Shown here: piece by piece, positions 1 to 10,825 of the stretch | Layout of the letters: the number at the start of each line of letters is the position of its first letter | Position numbering within the stretch: position 1 is the first letter of the stretch | NCBI RefSeq assembly: GCF_044704955.1 | Contig: NC_091989.1 | Coordinates: 54,188,001 to 54,252,000, forward strand | Direction: 5' to 3' | DNA from: Pristiophorus japonicus | Taxonomy: Eukaryota | Length of the DNA stretch: 64,000 nucleotides | The notes under the pieces: generated by a model | Seen by the model: the letters and a program-made list of their open reading frames with translations, nothing else | Told to the model about the DNA's origin: nothing | Databases searched by the model: none | Position numbers and translations under genes: made by a program

Positions 1-2440
1 TAGTAATCTGCTGGAGGACAGATTGCTGGACTGCTGTGACACCCTGCAAGCTCCTTTCAAAACTGGTAAACCCAGCCATGACAACAGCAGTCTGTGCTTG
101 CGTGGCAGCAAACTGAGCTTGCATGAATTCAGGCTGAGTTTCCATTGCAGTACACAGACGTTTGGTGGATGTTGCTTGTGCTGTAATGGAAGCTCAGGCA
201 TCGGCAGACAGATGATCAATGATATTTTGGGTCCACAAGTACGCTAATGCCCACCCCATCATGCTGGAAAGAATGTGCATCACACTCTGCGCAAAGCCCT
301 GTGCGAGATTGTAAGGGGTGGTTTTCAAGGGGTCAGCTTTCCCTTCTGACCTTATATGAGCGGTTTCGAATCGCTCCCACACCCTTGGTTCTAGACTCTG
401 GAATTATGAAGGGACTGTGACAGACTTGGACAGACAATCGGTTTCAAGGTAGGAAGCAGGTATGGCTTTATTGTGTTTAAATGAAGTAAAAGGCACACCT
501 TTAATAACACACACAGAATAGTGATACCAATACATACTGAGAGGTACAACACATTGAATAAATTGTCAAAATACAGCCTGTGGGGAAAAGAATACAGCTT
601 AAACTCTAAATGGGGTAAAGAGGAGAATGCAGATGCATTTACACAAATTCTCCCAGCCTCCCCCTCCCAATTCCCCTAACTAACTAAGTTATAGCTCTGG
701 GGGTTCAGGGGCTATGCTTACCAATCCCTTTTGACAATTGCCAGTGAATCACGGTTGTCGGGGTTCGCTGCACTTTGCCTTCTAGGCGAGCCGTACCCCG
801 ACGGAGGAGAGGACTTCGGACTGCGTAGTCTTCAGTTGGGGTGAGTCTGCTGATGCGGTAAGTCGCGTTTTGGATGTATGGGGTAAGTACCCACTTTCTT
901 TGGTTAGGAATAGTTTTAGTTAGTCCTTTTAGGTAATTTCTCACCCGTTGGTCATTCAGAAGTAGATTGTAGAGTGGAAATAAATGCCGATTCTTCGGTT
1001 TTTGCTGAGTTGGTTTCAGTTGGTCGTTTCGCTTGTTGTGGTGGCCTGGGTTGTCAATTTGGTTGCTGACAACCTTCCGTTTCGTGGGCCTCTTGCTGTC
1101 GGCATGCTCGGTCAATCCTTGTAGTTTTCTCCATACTCCATTTCTTCGCTCCCCACCTCCTGCTGCTTTTCTTCCCTTGTAAAACTGGGAATAGATATAC
1201 CCCAAAAAGGCTTCCTTATCTCCCGCCAAATCTGGCCCAGCTCTTTGTTTCAAGGGAGCCGGTCATTAGTTTTGAGCTCTCTTCTTTGTCAGAATTTGGC
1301 GGACTTGTTCAGTAGTAATTTGATTATGATGTAGTAATGTCGAAAATCACCAGTTGGCATTGTTGAAGCAGTGTTTAAACTCTTGGGCCGTTTGGCTGGA
1401 CCCATGATTTCTATAGGCCTATTTGCACATGCATGCCAATAATGGTCTCCGGTGATTAGCCTGATAGCTCTTGATGCGTTTATGTCCTAGGGAGCGAATT
1501 TATATGCCTCACAGTTCTTGTTAGTTATCGATTGACTCATTCTCCCAGACAAATTGAATTAGCTCCAATACCCAATTCCTGAGTGAAGTCTCACTCTCTG
1601 TTCTGGCAGTCTGTTCCAATATGTTCCTTTAGAGATCTTAAACTTGTAAAGCTCTTGGGTATCTTCCTCAGAGTTTATCCTAGGATACCAAGATGTTCAT
1701 CGCGTTCCAAATTAAATTCCCTTTCCTATGAGTCCAAACACTGGGTGGGGGGGTCTCCATGAATGCATCCCCTTTTATCCTCTGTAGGCCTCTTCTGCCC
1801 ATTAAACTCATTTGTGTCCTGAAATTTTTCCTTTCATTTTAAAAGTCCAAAAAGGGATTCTTCTCTTCTGCAGGGGAAAGGTACAAGGAATCTTTGCAAA
1901 ATATTAGTAAATTCTACAAGATTGGTGCTAGACTTCTCCATGCTTCTTGACCTTGCATTCAAGCTTTCTAGAAGGTCTGCCAATTTATCAAACATTTAAT
2001 TGTGCATACCCAACACTGTTCTTCTGTAGGTTGCTCTATTGAAGTCCTCATTTGTGTGCGGCCTCACTAGCACCTGCGCTGCCCTTTCCCCCTATCCTGG
2101 CTGCAGCCTACTCATGCCCTGTGACTCACCATATGCAGATCCCACCTCTAAGTTATCCTCTAAAGTCTGCGCAATGCCAATATCTGAGCTGGTAGCTGCG
2201 AATGTCTGATCGAGTGATGGTGGTTCTTCATCATCACTCTCCTCTTCCACCACTGGCTGGCCAGGTTGGATTTCTTGGGTCTCTGAAATGAGAAACGCAC
2301 AAGAGTAGGATTGTAGTGAGACGTGGGTGTAAGGTTTGTAGCAGTGTAAGTGTGTGAGGGTTTGATAGAACATGAGGTATGAGTCAGAATTGTTGATAGG
2401 TGAATGATGGGGGGCTGGTAAATTGAAAAGCATAACATTC
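1..2440 (-). pseudogene. Harbinger Myb/SANT accessory-gene remnant (C-terminal exon), split by a solo LTR
   Basis: Minus-strand acidic segment ETQEIQPGQPVVEEESDDEEPPSL. Removing 310-1918 plus one TSD rejoins MEKSSTNL|AQGFAQSVMHILSSM in frame. Composition resembles exon 3 of the other Harbinger Myb genes in the window. Confidence 0.55.
310..1918 (-). mobile_element. Solo LTR (~1.6 kb)
   Basis: Termini TGTA...TACA. 4-bp TSD AGAT at 306-309 and 1919-1922. Minus-strand AATAAA-like signal near 467-473. U5 hairpin GAGCGATTCGAAACCGCTC resembles the one in the LTR at 14183-15624. Confidence 0.85.
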
Positions 2441-2790
2441 TTTTGGGACTTGACAGGGTAGATACTGGAGGGTGGACCCCTGGTTGGGAGTCTAGAACTC
2501 GCGGTCACAGTCTCAGAATAAGGGGTCGGCCATTTAGGACTGAGATGAGGAGAAATTTCTTCACTCAGAGGATGGTGAATCTTTGGAATTCTCTACCCAA
2601 GAGGGCTGTGAATGCTCCATCATTGAGTATATTCAAGACTGATATCGATGAGTTTTGGATAGTAAGAGAACCAAGGGATATGGGGATAGGGAGGGAAGGT
2701 GGAGCAGAGGTTGAAGACCAGCCATGATCATATTGAATGGCGGAGCAGGCTCGCAGGGCCAAATCGTCTATTCCTGCTCCTATTAATTTC
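2441..2790 (+). mobile_element. CR1 (HER1-type) LINE 3' fragment
   Basis: ORF2 C-terminus SRTRGHSLRIRGRPFRTEMRRNFFTQR..VNLWNSLP followed by the typical 3' UTR. Confidence 0.9.
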
Positions 2791-3787
2791 TTATTTGCTC
2801 CTTTTAATTAATCCTCCTACCTGTACCCTCACCCCTGCAGCTTTGGAGTTTATCGCATAGCTCAATGTGATTCCAATTTTGTGCCATTTATCAGTTCTCA
2901 CTGTGGTTGCTGAGTGATTCACTCTACCAATAGCAATAGTGTAGAATTTTTTTTTTTAATTCCTCACCTCTCCAAATTAAAATGTCCTATATTGCAGTCC
3001 CAAAGGAACATTACAAGCGGAAAGGAAGATGATCCAAGCCTGTTGCTAATTTCCCAGTTCCTTCTGGAGGAAATCACTTCAAACCAAGACACCCTTCACC
3101 AAAATGTCAAAGTGAATGTTTAAGCAAGATCTTTGTGGAAAGCTTATTTCAGGGCCAGCTGCGAACGCCTTTGCTACACTGCCAACTGCCATTATAGTTT
3201 GTCATAGCAAGTACTTAGAGGCAAGTTCCCCCATGGTGAGGGCCGCAGGGGTGGGGCCAATCAACTAATTGTTTTCCCGCTTCCTTGACAACATGTTCAA
3301 GGAACGATGATAAATAGTGGTGATTTTATGAAATCTTCCATTATAGGAATGTTATCTTTTACTCATTAGGCAGTATGAAAAACTAGGGCTAGACTTTCCA
3401 CTTTCTGGCTAAGGCCGAAAAAAATGGGCCTTGTTCCAGCGATGCGGGACCTATCGCCTGTGCTGATCACCGGCACAAGGCCCATTTTTTTTTTTTTTTG
3501 CGATTTTTCCACTCGGCCTTACCCCAGCGATGTCAAATGGGCGATGTGATTTCTCGACGATCTCACGATCGCCCAAAGAAAACAGAAGTGATTGAAAAAA
3601 AAAAGCTTCCCTAGCAACGCATTACTGCGCATGTGCAGGTTGATTTTTTTTTCAGATTAATGCTCCTTTCCGCGTTTTGGGAGGTCAGGGATCATCACAC
3701 ATGCTCAGAAGCTCTGTGAGGGTCGGAGAGAGACAGAGAAAGAGGAGAAAGCATTTTGTGGTCTGAATAATCTCATATTAATCGATA

Positions 3788-5606
3788 ATGGAGGCATCAT
3801 TTGAAAGGAGTAGGGCCAAGCCTTTCAGCGAGGAGGCCAATGAGGCCCTGGTGAATGTTGTCAGCACCAGGTGGGAGGATCTGACACGGGGTGGGAATGG
3901 GAAACCTCCACCCATGCATATCGGAGTATTTGGGCAGAGATTGTCGACGTCGTTTTGATGATATCTAAAGAAGCCCGGACACCGGACCAGTGCCGCAAAC
4001 GTTGGAACAGCCTACTGGCAGCTGCGAGAGTAAGTTGAAATTTATATTTATGTATTATTTAATGATCTAAATAGTAACTAGAATCTGCAATGTTATTTGG
4101 TTACATTTAACCATAACTAAATTATGAATAAATTTATGCAACCCAGCATAAAGTTAAATGTTGTAGTGTGAAATATGCAATGTAATGCTAATTTGTAATA
4201 GAACATTTAAATCTGTCAGTCTTAAATGTCTTCAATGTCTTAAATTGCCTGATCCATTTGCTTATGCCGTGCAATGTTATCGTATCATTTACAGAAGAAG
4301 ATCTCGATCAATAATCGGGAGCAACGCAGGACGGACGGGGACTCTGCCATGATGCACAGTTTAAGTGCTTACGAGGAGCTCACGGTGGCCTTGGTGGGGC
4401 CAGAAAGCCGTTCGGTTACATCCCGTGGTGTGGCCGAACCCACCCTTGAGACATGTGAGTAATGAGAAATGTGCATTGTTCAATGTGTGAATCATTAGTA
4501 AATACTGAAAATATCGTAGTTACGCATGTAATGTTATGCAATTAAAATGTAATTTGATGTTATGCAATGTTATGCAATTTCAATGTAATGTTATGCAATT
4601 ATAATATAATCTGATATATAATGGTGATGTACTATAGATGTTCGAATGAGGTCATGTTAGGCCATGTTAAACCTTATGATCATCTGTGCATATGGAGTAA
4701 TGGAAAGCATTGCAATGTTTTGAGTTCGAGAAAAATTGTAATGCAATGATTTGAATAGTTAATCGTTGTTTATCAAATTAAAGGTCAAGTGGTCGTCGAG
4801 TCAGTGGAGTCCACTACCACTGAACCATCATCGCAGGAGGCTGAAGAAGAAGAGGAACCACTGCACACTCCTGGTGCTATGCTTCAGCAGGAGGAGGAGG
4901 AGATGGAGATGGAAGAAGAAGAGATTTTTTTGGCGGGGGGGAAAAACCTGCGGCCATCTCGGTTGAGATGGAAGAAGCACCGGGACCAAGCGGTGTGCAG
5001 GTCGCGACGCCAAGGCGCGTCATATTGCAAACGCCGACCCCACGGAGGTCTGGTCAGCGTGGTGAGCAATCGCCTGCCTTGGAGGGCCAGACAGAGAGCT
5101 TGATTTTCCTGTGCAGGGAGACGGTCGCGATTGGTCGCAACCTTATCCACGGGTTCGAGGGATTCTCTGCGAACTGGAACCAGTCCTCTGCGAACTGGAG
5201 CCAGTTTCCAGCATCCTGGAGCGAGTTCTGCCAGAACTTCTCCAACTGGTCTTCTGAGCAGTCACTGACTGCAAGGGAGACCTCGGAGGCTATTCGGCAG
5301 CAGACAGCCGCAACCAATGCCCTACGGCATGCATTGCTGGCTGGACACGGCGCTGCACCCCAAGGTGTTGTGTCTGCTCGCAGCAAAACTCCGAGCACGC
5401 AAGCGAGTACGGAGGGCACAGTTCCTCCAGACTCGGAAGTAGAGCTTCAGACTTCCGCTTCCTCTCCGTCACCTCCACCACGGCAGGAAGTCTTGACATC
5501 CCACTCTGCACGACGTCTTGGTGTCGGTCTGCGTAGACCAAAATGGGCGGGTGGGGTACGAACACGGGGTGGGACAGGATCTGGAGGGAAACGTGGCCGC
5601 AGGTAG
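3788..5606 (+). pseudogene. Harbinger Myb/SANT-like DNA-binding protein, 3 exons, frameshifted
   Basis: Exon 1 MEASFERSRAKPFSEEANEALV...WAEI...QCRKRWNSL with a GTAAGT donor at ~4030. Exon 2 KKISINNREQRRT... (~4294-4454). Exon 3 is acidic/low-complexity and ends RGGTGSGGKRGRR. Frameshifts in exons 1 and 3. Confidence 0.8.
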
Positions 5607-5719
5607 GGAGGAGGGAGTCTTTCTCGATGGTTCATTTGTATTAAAATGTTCACTTGCTGTTATCAATTTATTATACTCTTGTTATTGTTATTGTTACTAA
5701 ATTGGCCAATTGTATTCAA

Positions 5720-5890
5720 TAGTTAAATGTTCACTTGTTATCATTACTTAACAGTTCATTATCCATTCTTTCTGAAATGGTCACTTGTTATCATCACTGA
5801 AATGGTCACTTATTAGCATGACTGAAATGGTCACGTTGTCATGACTGAAATGGTCACTTGTTATCATTACTTAAATGGTCACTTGCTCTT
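5720..5890. repeat. Minisatellite (~21-24 bp unit AAATGGTCACTTGTTATCAT...) in the Harbinger 3' region
   Basis: About 6-7 visible imperfect copies. Confidence 0.8.
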
Positions 5891-6784
5891 TAAAATGTTC
5901 AATTTCTTCTTCTAATGTTTTGGGGATTTTGAGGCAAGGGTGTGTTGGTGTGGGGGTGGGGGGTTGGAGGGAGGGTGTTGTTCATTAGTCCTTAAAAAAA
6001 AATTATGTTTGTTAATAAAAAAAAAATTTCTACAACTTTTGTACCTTCTCTCTTATTTACATAAGTTTTACAACGTACAGTTCTTCATGCAGATTTGTTT
6101 GTTTATTCTGTTTCACCACGGAATATCATTAAATAACTTCACTACGTAAAAGCTATTTAATAAATAATTCCAATTTATGAGATCTATTTAGCATAAATAA
6201 GGTGATAATACCTAATTATATTCCCTGTCCCAAATTTCTGAGTAAAATTTGCTTAAATTTTACTCACTAAATAACGTAGAACAATTCTCCACCCTTCCTC
6301 AGAGGCTAAAAATGGCGTCCGTATTGCCCATTTCCCTCTCTAAGGCCTGAAAAAGCAACTATTTTTGAGCACTCTTTTGGGCTTTGCATTGGCCCAGCGA
6401 AGTGCATGCTAAGTGCTGAAACTTGGGATGGGCCTTGTGTGGGCGATCATCTCAGCGATCAAAGTGGAAACTTAGGCACCTGTTTTTCCGGCGATACTTT
6501 GGGCCTAGTTTCCACTTTTTGCTCAAAATGGGTGATAGAGGTCCATTTTGGGCTATAGATGGGCCATAGATGGGCGATGTGAGGTGGAAAGTCTAGCCCC
6601 TATATTCCACTATTTTAATAAATCACTCATGATAATGGAACATCCCTGTGCTCTGATCAGTGAATGCTCGGCTTCCTAGCCAAGAAAACAAAAGTTTACA
6701 TTTACAGTATTTTCCACTAGCAAGAAACAGTCATTTTACACCTGAAATCATAATTTCCTCTTGCATTAAAGGTGAGCTCACACT

Positions 6785-7300
6785 CATCATCATCGTCAGT
6801 CCCTCGGTATCAAGGAAGACTTGCTGCCACTCTTAACATGAGTTCTTAGGTGGTTGTACAGTCCAATATGAGAACCATAGTCTCTGTCACAGGTAAGGCA
6901 GATAGTCGTTGAGGGAAGGGGTGGGTGGGACTGGTTTGCCGCGCACTCTTTCCGCTGCCTGCACCTGATTTCTGCACGCTCTTGGCAACGAGACTCGAGG
7001 TGCTCAGCGGCCTCCTGGATGTGCTTCCTCCATTTAGGGCGGTCTTTGGCCAGGGACTCCCAGGTGTCAGTGGAGATGTTTCACATTATCAGGGAGGCTT
7101 TGAGGGTGTCCTTGTAATGTTTCTGCTGCCCACCTTTGGCTCGATTGTTGTGAAGGAGTGCCGTGTAGAGCGCTTGCTTTGAAAGGAGTCTTGGTGTCTG
7201 GCATGCGAACTATGTGGCCTGCCCAGCAGAGCTGACCGAGTGTGGTCAGTGCTTCGATGCTGGGGATGTTGGCCTGGTCGAGGACACTAATGTTGGCCCG
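6785..7300 (-). mobile_element. RTE-clade LINE 3' fragment
   Basis: Minus strand encodes IPSIEALTTLGQLCWAGHIVRMPD...DTLKASL and a C-terminal CxxC...H motif. Short (GAT)n tail at ~6786. Confidence 0.8.
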
Positions 7301-7551
7301 TAGTGCATTGGGAATGACTACTGTCAGGCCCCATTTTAGATATCCATGCTCACATGATAATTCGTGCCGACGATGATAAAAGGAATTATCCCCTCATTTT
7401 AATGCATCTGATATTCATTCCACCCTGTATTTGCTTCATGTGTTCTTGCTTAAGAATTCATAGCAATACATTGCTATTATGAACTAGTGGTTCATTATCA
7501 AAGTTTAACAATCAAACTACATATTACCAGTTCATTCACAACTGCATACCT

Positions 7552-10500
7552 CATCGTGAATCAGAGTGAAAAGCACAGTCCACTGCTGGCAGAGCTGTTG
7601 GCGCTGCCAAAGGGTTCAAAGTAAACCCTAAGAAAGCACAGATAGACCTGCAGGAAGTCAAGTTCTTGGGACTGACTGCGAGCAAGGGGAGAGGGCAAAA
7701 GACGAGGCTTGGAGGAAGGCGGTGCAGGAGCTTCCACACCCTCCAATGTTACAGGGGTGAGATCCTACCTCGGGTTGACCGGTTACTGCAGGGATTTATC
7801 GAGGACTATGCAGCTACCGCAGCCCCCCTACTCTGACTCTTGCATAAAGGAGTCAATTGGGAATGTGATGAAGGCTGTGAAGCTAAATTTGTCCAGTTAA
7901 AAAAGGATCTGCAGACCACGCCAGCCCTAGAGGCTATAGATGGGGTTGAGGAGTTCTTCCTGGAGGTTGCAGCCAGCGGGGACAGTCTAAATTCAGTGCT
8001 GCTCCAGGAGCAGCACGGCCAGCTGAGGCCGATGGTCTACTCCTCCAGGGTCCTCACCGACGTGGAGAGAGGATACTCAAATTGTGAACGGCATTTGCTT
8101 GCCACACACTGGGCCGTAAAAAGGTCCCAGGTATTCACAGGAGTATCCCCAATCACTCTCCTGACCCATCATACCCCCACCCAAATGCTTTTGAATGGAA
8201 GAATCAAGGATGGGACAGTGAGCAGCGCACGGATTGCTCGCTGGACCCTTCTCCTGTCTCAGATTGATTTACGGGTTAAAAGCCTCTCTGAGCCCAGGTT
8301 GGCAGCCAATATGATCTACGCAGGGGAGGCCCACAGGTGCTCTGTTGAAGGGGTTTGGGATGTCGACGTTGGTTTTCGGGCAGGGATACATTCCACACGC
8401 CGCAAAATATATGTGGACAGCTGCACCGCGGTATCTGCGGGGGTCAGACTCACAGGCTGCGGGATTTATGATCCCAGGGCAGGTATTGCCCTGACTCTTA
8501 AACTCCCCAGCTTTATGAGCACCCAGCATGCCGAGCTGTCGGTGGTGGCGTACGTTGTGACCCACCCCGAGGAGTTCCCAACCCCCTACACGATTTGTTC
8601 AGATAGTATGTTAACCTGCAATTCATTTACGGAGTATCTGGCCATCTGGTCTCGTCGCGGATACACATCCACTGATGGCAGGCCCCTGGTAACAAAACCA
8701 CTGTTACAACAGATCATGGCCGCCTTAGGAGAAAGTAGTGAGGTATACATACTGAGAGTGAAGGCTCACTCTAAAATGGAGCCTAGAGCCAAGGGAAACT
8801 CACAGGCAGGCCTGTTAACTAAAGAAGGTGCTCATACGGGTAGGTTTTGGGAACCGTACGGAGCAAACCCCATAGCAGTCGTCAGAGACAGGTCAGGGAC
8901 ACAAGGGAGTGCAGGGGTAGCTTTAGCCTCGGATCTAAAAACAGTCCAGATGCAGGATCCCGTCTTGAAAGCTGTCCTGGCCAGGCTAGCGAAAGGGGAG
9001 AAAGTCGAGGGTCCGTACAGCACGGCAGACATTGCTGTACGGGAGGGCCTACTGTTTAAAAAGGACATCTGGATAGTGCCACAGGATCACCGAAGGGAGT
9101 TCCTCCAACTGGCCCATGCGGGACCGGGAGCGGGGCATCCCGGGCCTGAGATCACCTGGCAGAGGGTGGAACAGGCAGGGTGGTGGCCTGGGCTCAGGGA
9201 AGACATCCGCGACTACTGTGCGGAGTGTCTGGTTTGTGCAGCAAACGACCCTGACCCCCAGAGAAGGAAAGTGTCCTTGGGACACATCGGGCGGGTAGAA
9301 GGACCATGGCAGTCAGTGCAAATCGACTACATCGGGCCTCTTCCCACCGCCCAGGGAGGTTTTAAATATTGCCTTGTCCTGGTGGATGTGTTTTCTAAGT
9401 GGATAGAAGCCTTCCCAACCGCTCTAGTGACAGCCAGAATTCTGGTGAGAGAGGTATTCTCTCGATGGGGACTCCCGCAGTACGTGGAGTCCAACCAAGG
9501 AAGCCATTTTACCGGCCAGGTAATGCAAGCGATCATTAAGATGTTTGGCGTGGAAGGTAAATGGCATGTCTCCCACAATCCCCAATCCTCAGGTCCAATG
9601 GAGCGGTTAAATCGCACCATAAAGGAGAGACTGCGGAAAGAGACAGGTAATTCACCCCACAAGTGGGTGGAGGTCTTGCCTCTGGTTCTCATGGGAGTCC
9701 GGGCCAGTCAGTCAAAAACTACAGGGTACTCCCCACATGAGGACCCCCTCCCATGTGCTAGCCCCAGCCCTGACAGAAGCCCAGCTCAGGGAAGTCGGCC
9801 GGGACTGCTTTGTCGAGAATCTGTTTGAACACCTCAAATAGATTCACTGGCAAGCGGCTAGTAACATGGATCGGCAGCACCGTAGCAAGCAGTTGCTGCT
9901 GGAACCCAGCAAGTCTCAGGAATGGGAGGTAGGGGACTTTGTCATGGAACTATGCTCGGATCGGGGTATTTGAGCGACTGTACATAGGGCCATACAGTAT
10001 AATAGATAAAGCTAGCCCCATGGTATATGCAGTCAAATTACCCCACCACACAATGGTTTCACATAAACCAATGTAAGCGGTTTAACCCCGAACATACAGG
10101 CCAACACAAAACCCAGCCTGCTACAGGGAGCAGCACCACGGCTGGGGGCCAGCAGCCCACAGCCACAGTCTGTGAGAAGCCTTCAGCAGCAGTGGATCTC
10201 CCAATGGCGGAGGGGGTCGCTATGATAAACTACATAGCCCCCAAGGTCGCCGCAATGGTGGGCTGGAAACCAGGGACAGCTCCGGTAACCACAGCCAGCC
10301 CAAAAGTAAAGAAACTCCGGACCTCGAGGCTCAGGGTAAGATGGCCCAAAGTCTCAGTATTTAAAAGGAGGAACTATAGATACAGGCTGAGGAAAACGTT
10401 CAAGATAAAAGGGACAGGGATTCAGAAAAGCGCACAGGTAGAAAGGGACAGTGTAGGGCGAGGGGCAGTGTACTGTATAACGGGAGAAATCCCACCTATG

Positions 10501-10608
10501 TTCTGGGATTCAAAGCCACCCGGAGCAGCCCTAGCTGGTACTGTGAGGAGAAGCCTCCGTACCCCACGGCCCAGAACGCCATGGTCCCCGGTATACGACC
10601 GGCCCTGA
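7552..10608 (+). pseudogene. pol: pol: RT C-terminus, degenerate RNase H (tether), second RNase H, integrase with long C-terminal tail
   Basis: RT: GFKVNPKKAQ..EVKFLG, VRSYLGLTGYCR. Tether: FFLEVAAS...YSSRVL...ERHLLA...THH. RNase H: IYVDS, QHAEL, ICSDS, VKAHS, GN. Integrase: H-H-CxxC, QIDYIGP, ESNQGSHF, ERLNRTIK, then GPY and WFHINQCKRF across frameshifts. Confidence 0.9.
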
Positions 10609-10790
10609 CCTCGGAAAAAGCTCAGGCTCACCAGGACGTAGCCTGGCCATCCAGGTAGGGTGGAGCTGTAAATAATAACCTAGATCCCTTTTCCTCTTTA
10701 GTTAAGCTAAGTTTCAGGATAAGTGGTGTGCCTGTTGTGTTTTGCTCTTGTTTACTGGCCGAGCCTGAGGGTAATGCTCAAGGCAAGGCT

Positions 10791-10812
10791 ATCTTTTCTA
10801 TTTTCGCTACAG
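10791..10812 (+). promoter_or_regulatory. Putative env splice acceptor
   Basis: Polypyrimidine tract ATCTTTTCTATTTTCGCTACAG whose AG (10811-10812) lies just upstream of the env ATG at 10826. Confidence 0.6.
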
Positions 10813-10825
10813 GGAGCCTAATAAA

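Larger units (their letters stand above)
3386..6599 (+). mobile_element. Non-autonomous PIF/Harbinger transposon carrying only the Myb gene
   Basis: Perfect 16-bp TIR GGGCTAGACTTTCCAC / GTGGAAAGTCTAGCCC. 3-bp TSD CTA at 3383-3385 and 6600-6602. No DDE transposase sequence seen inside. Confidence 0.9.

Noticed and set aside
705-1253. 182-aa minus-strand ORF
   Set aside because: Lies inside the solo LTR, has a non-ATG start and no recognisable motif.
416-1918. Alternative LTR boundary at TGTGACAG (416)
   Set aside because: No TSD. The 310 boundary gives an AGAT TSD and restores the interrupted reading frame.
5720-5890. CRISPR-like repeat array (also 38985-39385 and 23180-23240)
   Set aside because: Eukaryotic context, no unique spacers and no cas genes. 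These are minisatellites inside transposons.
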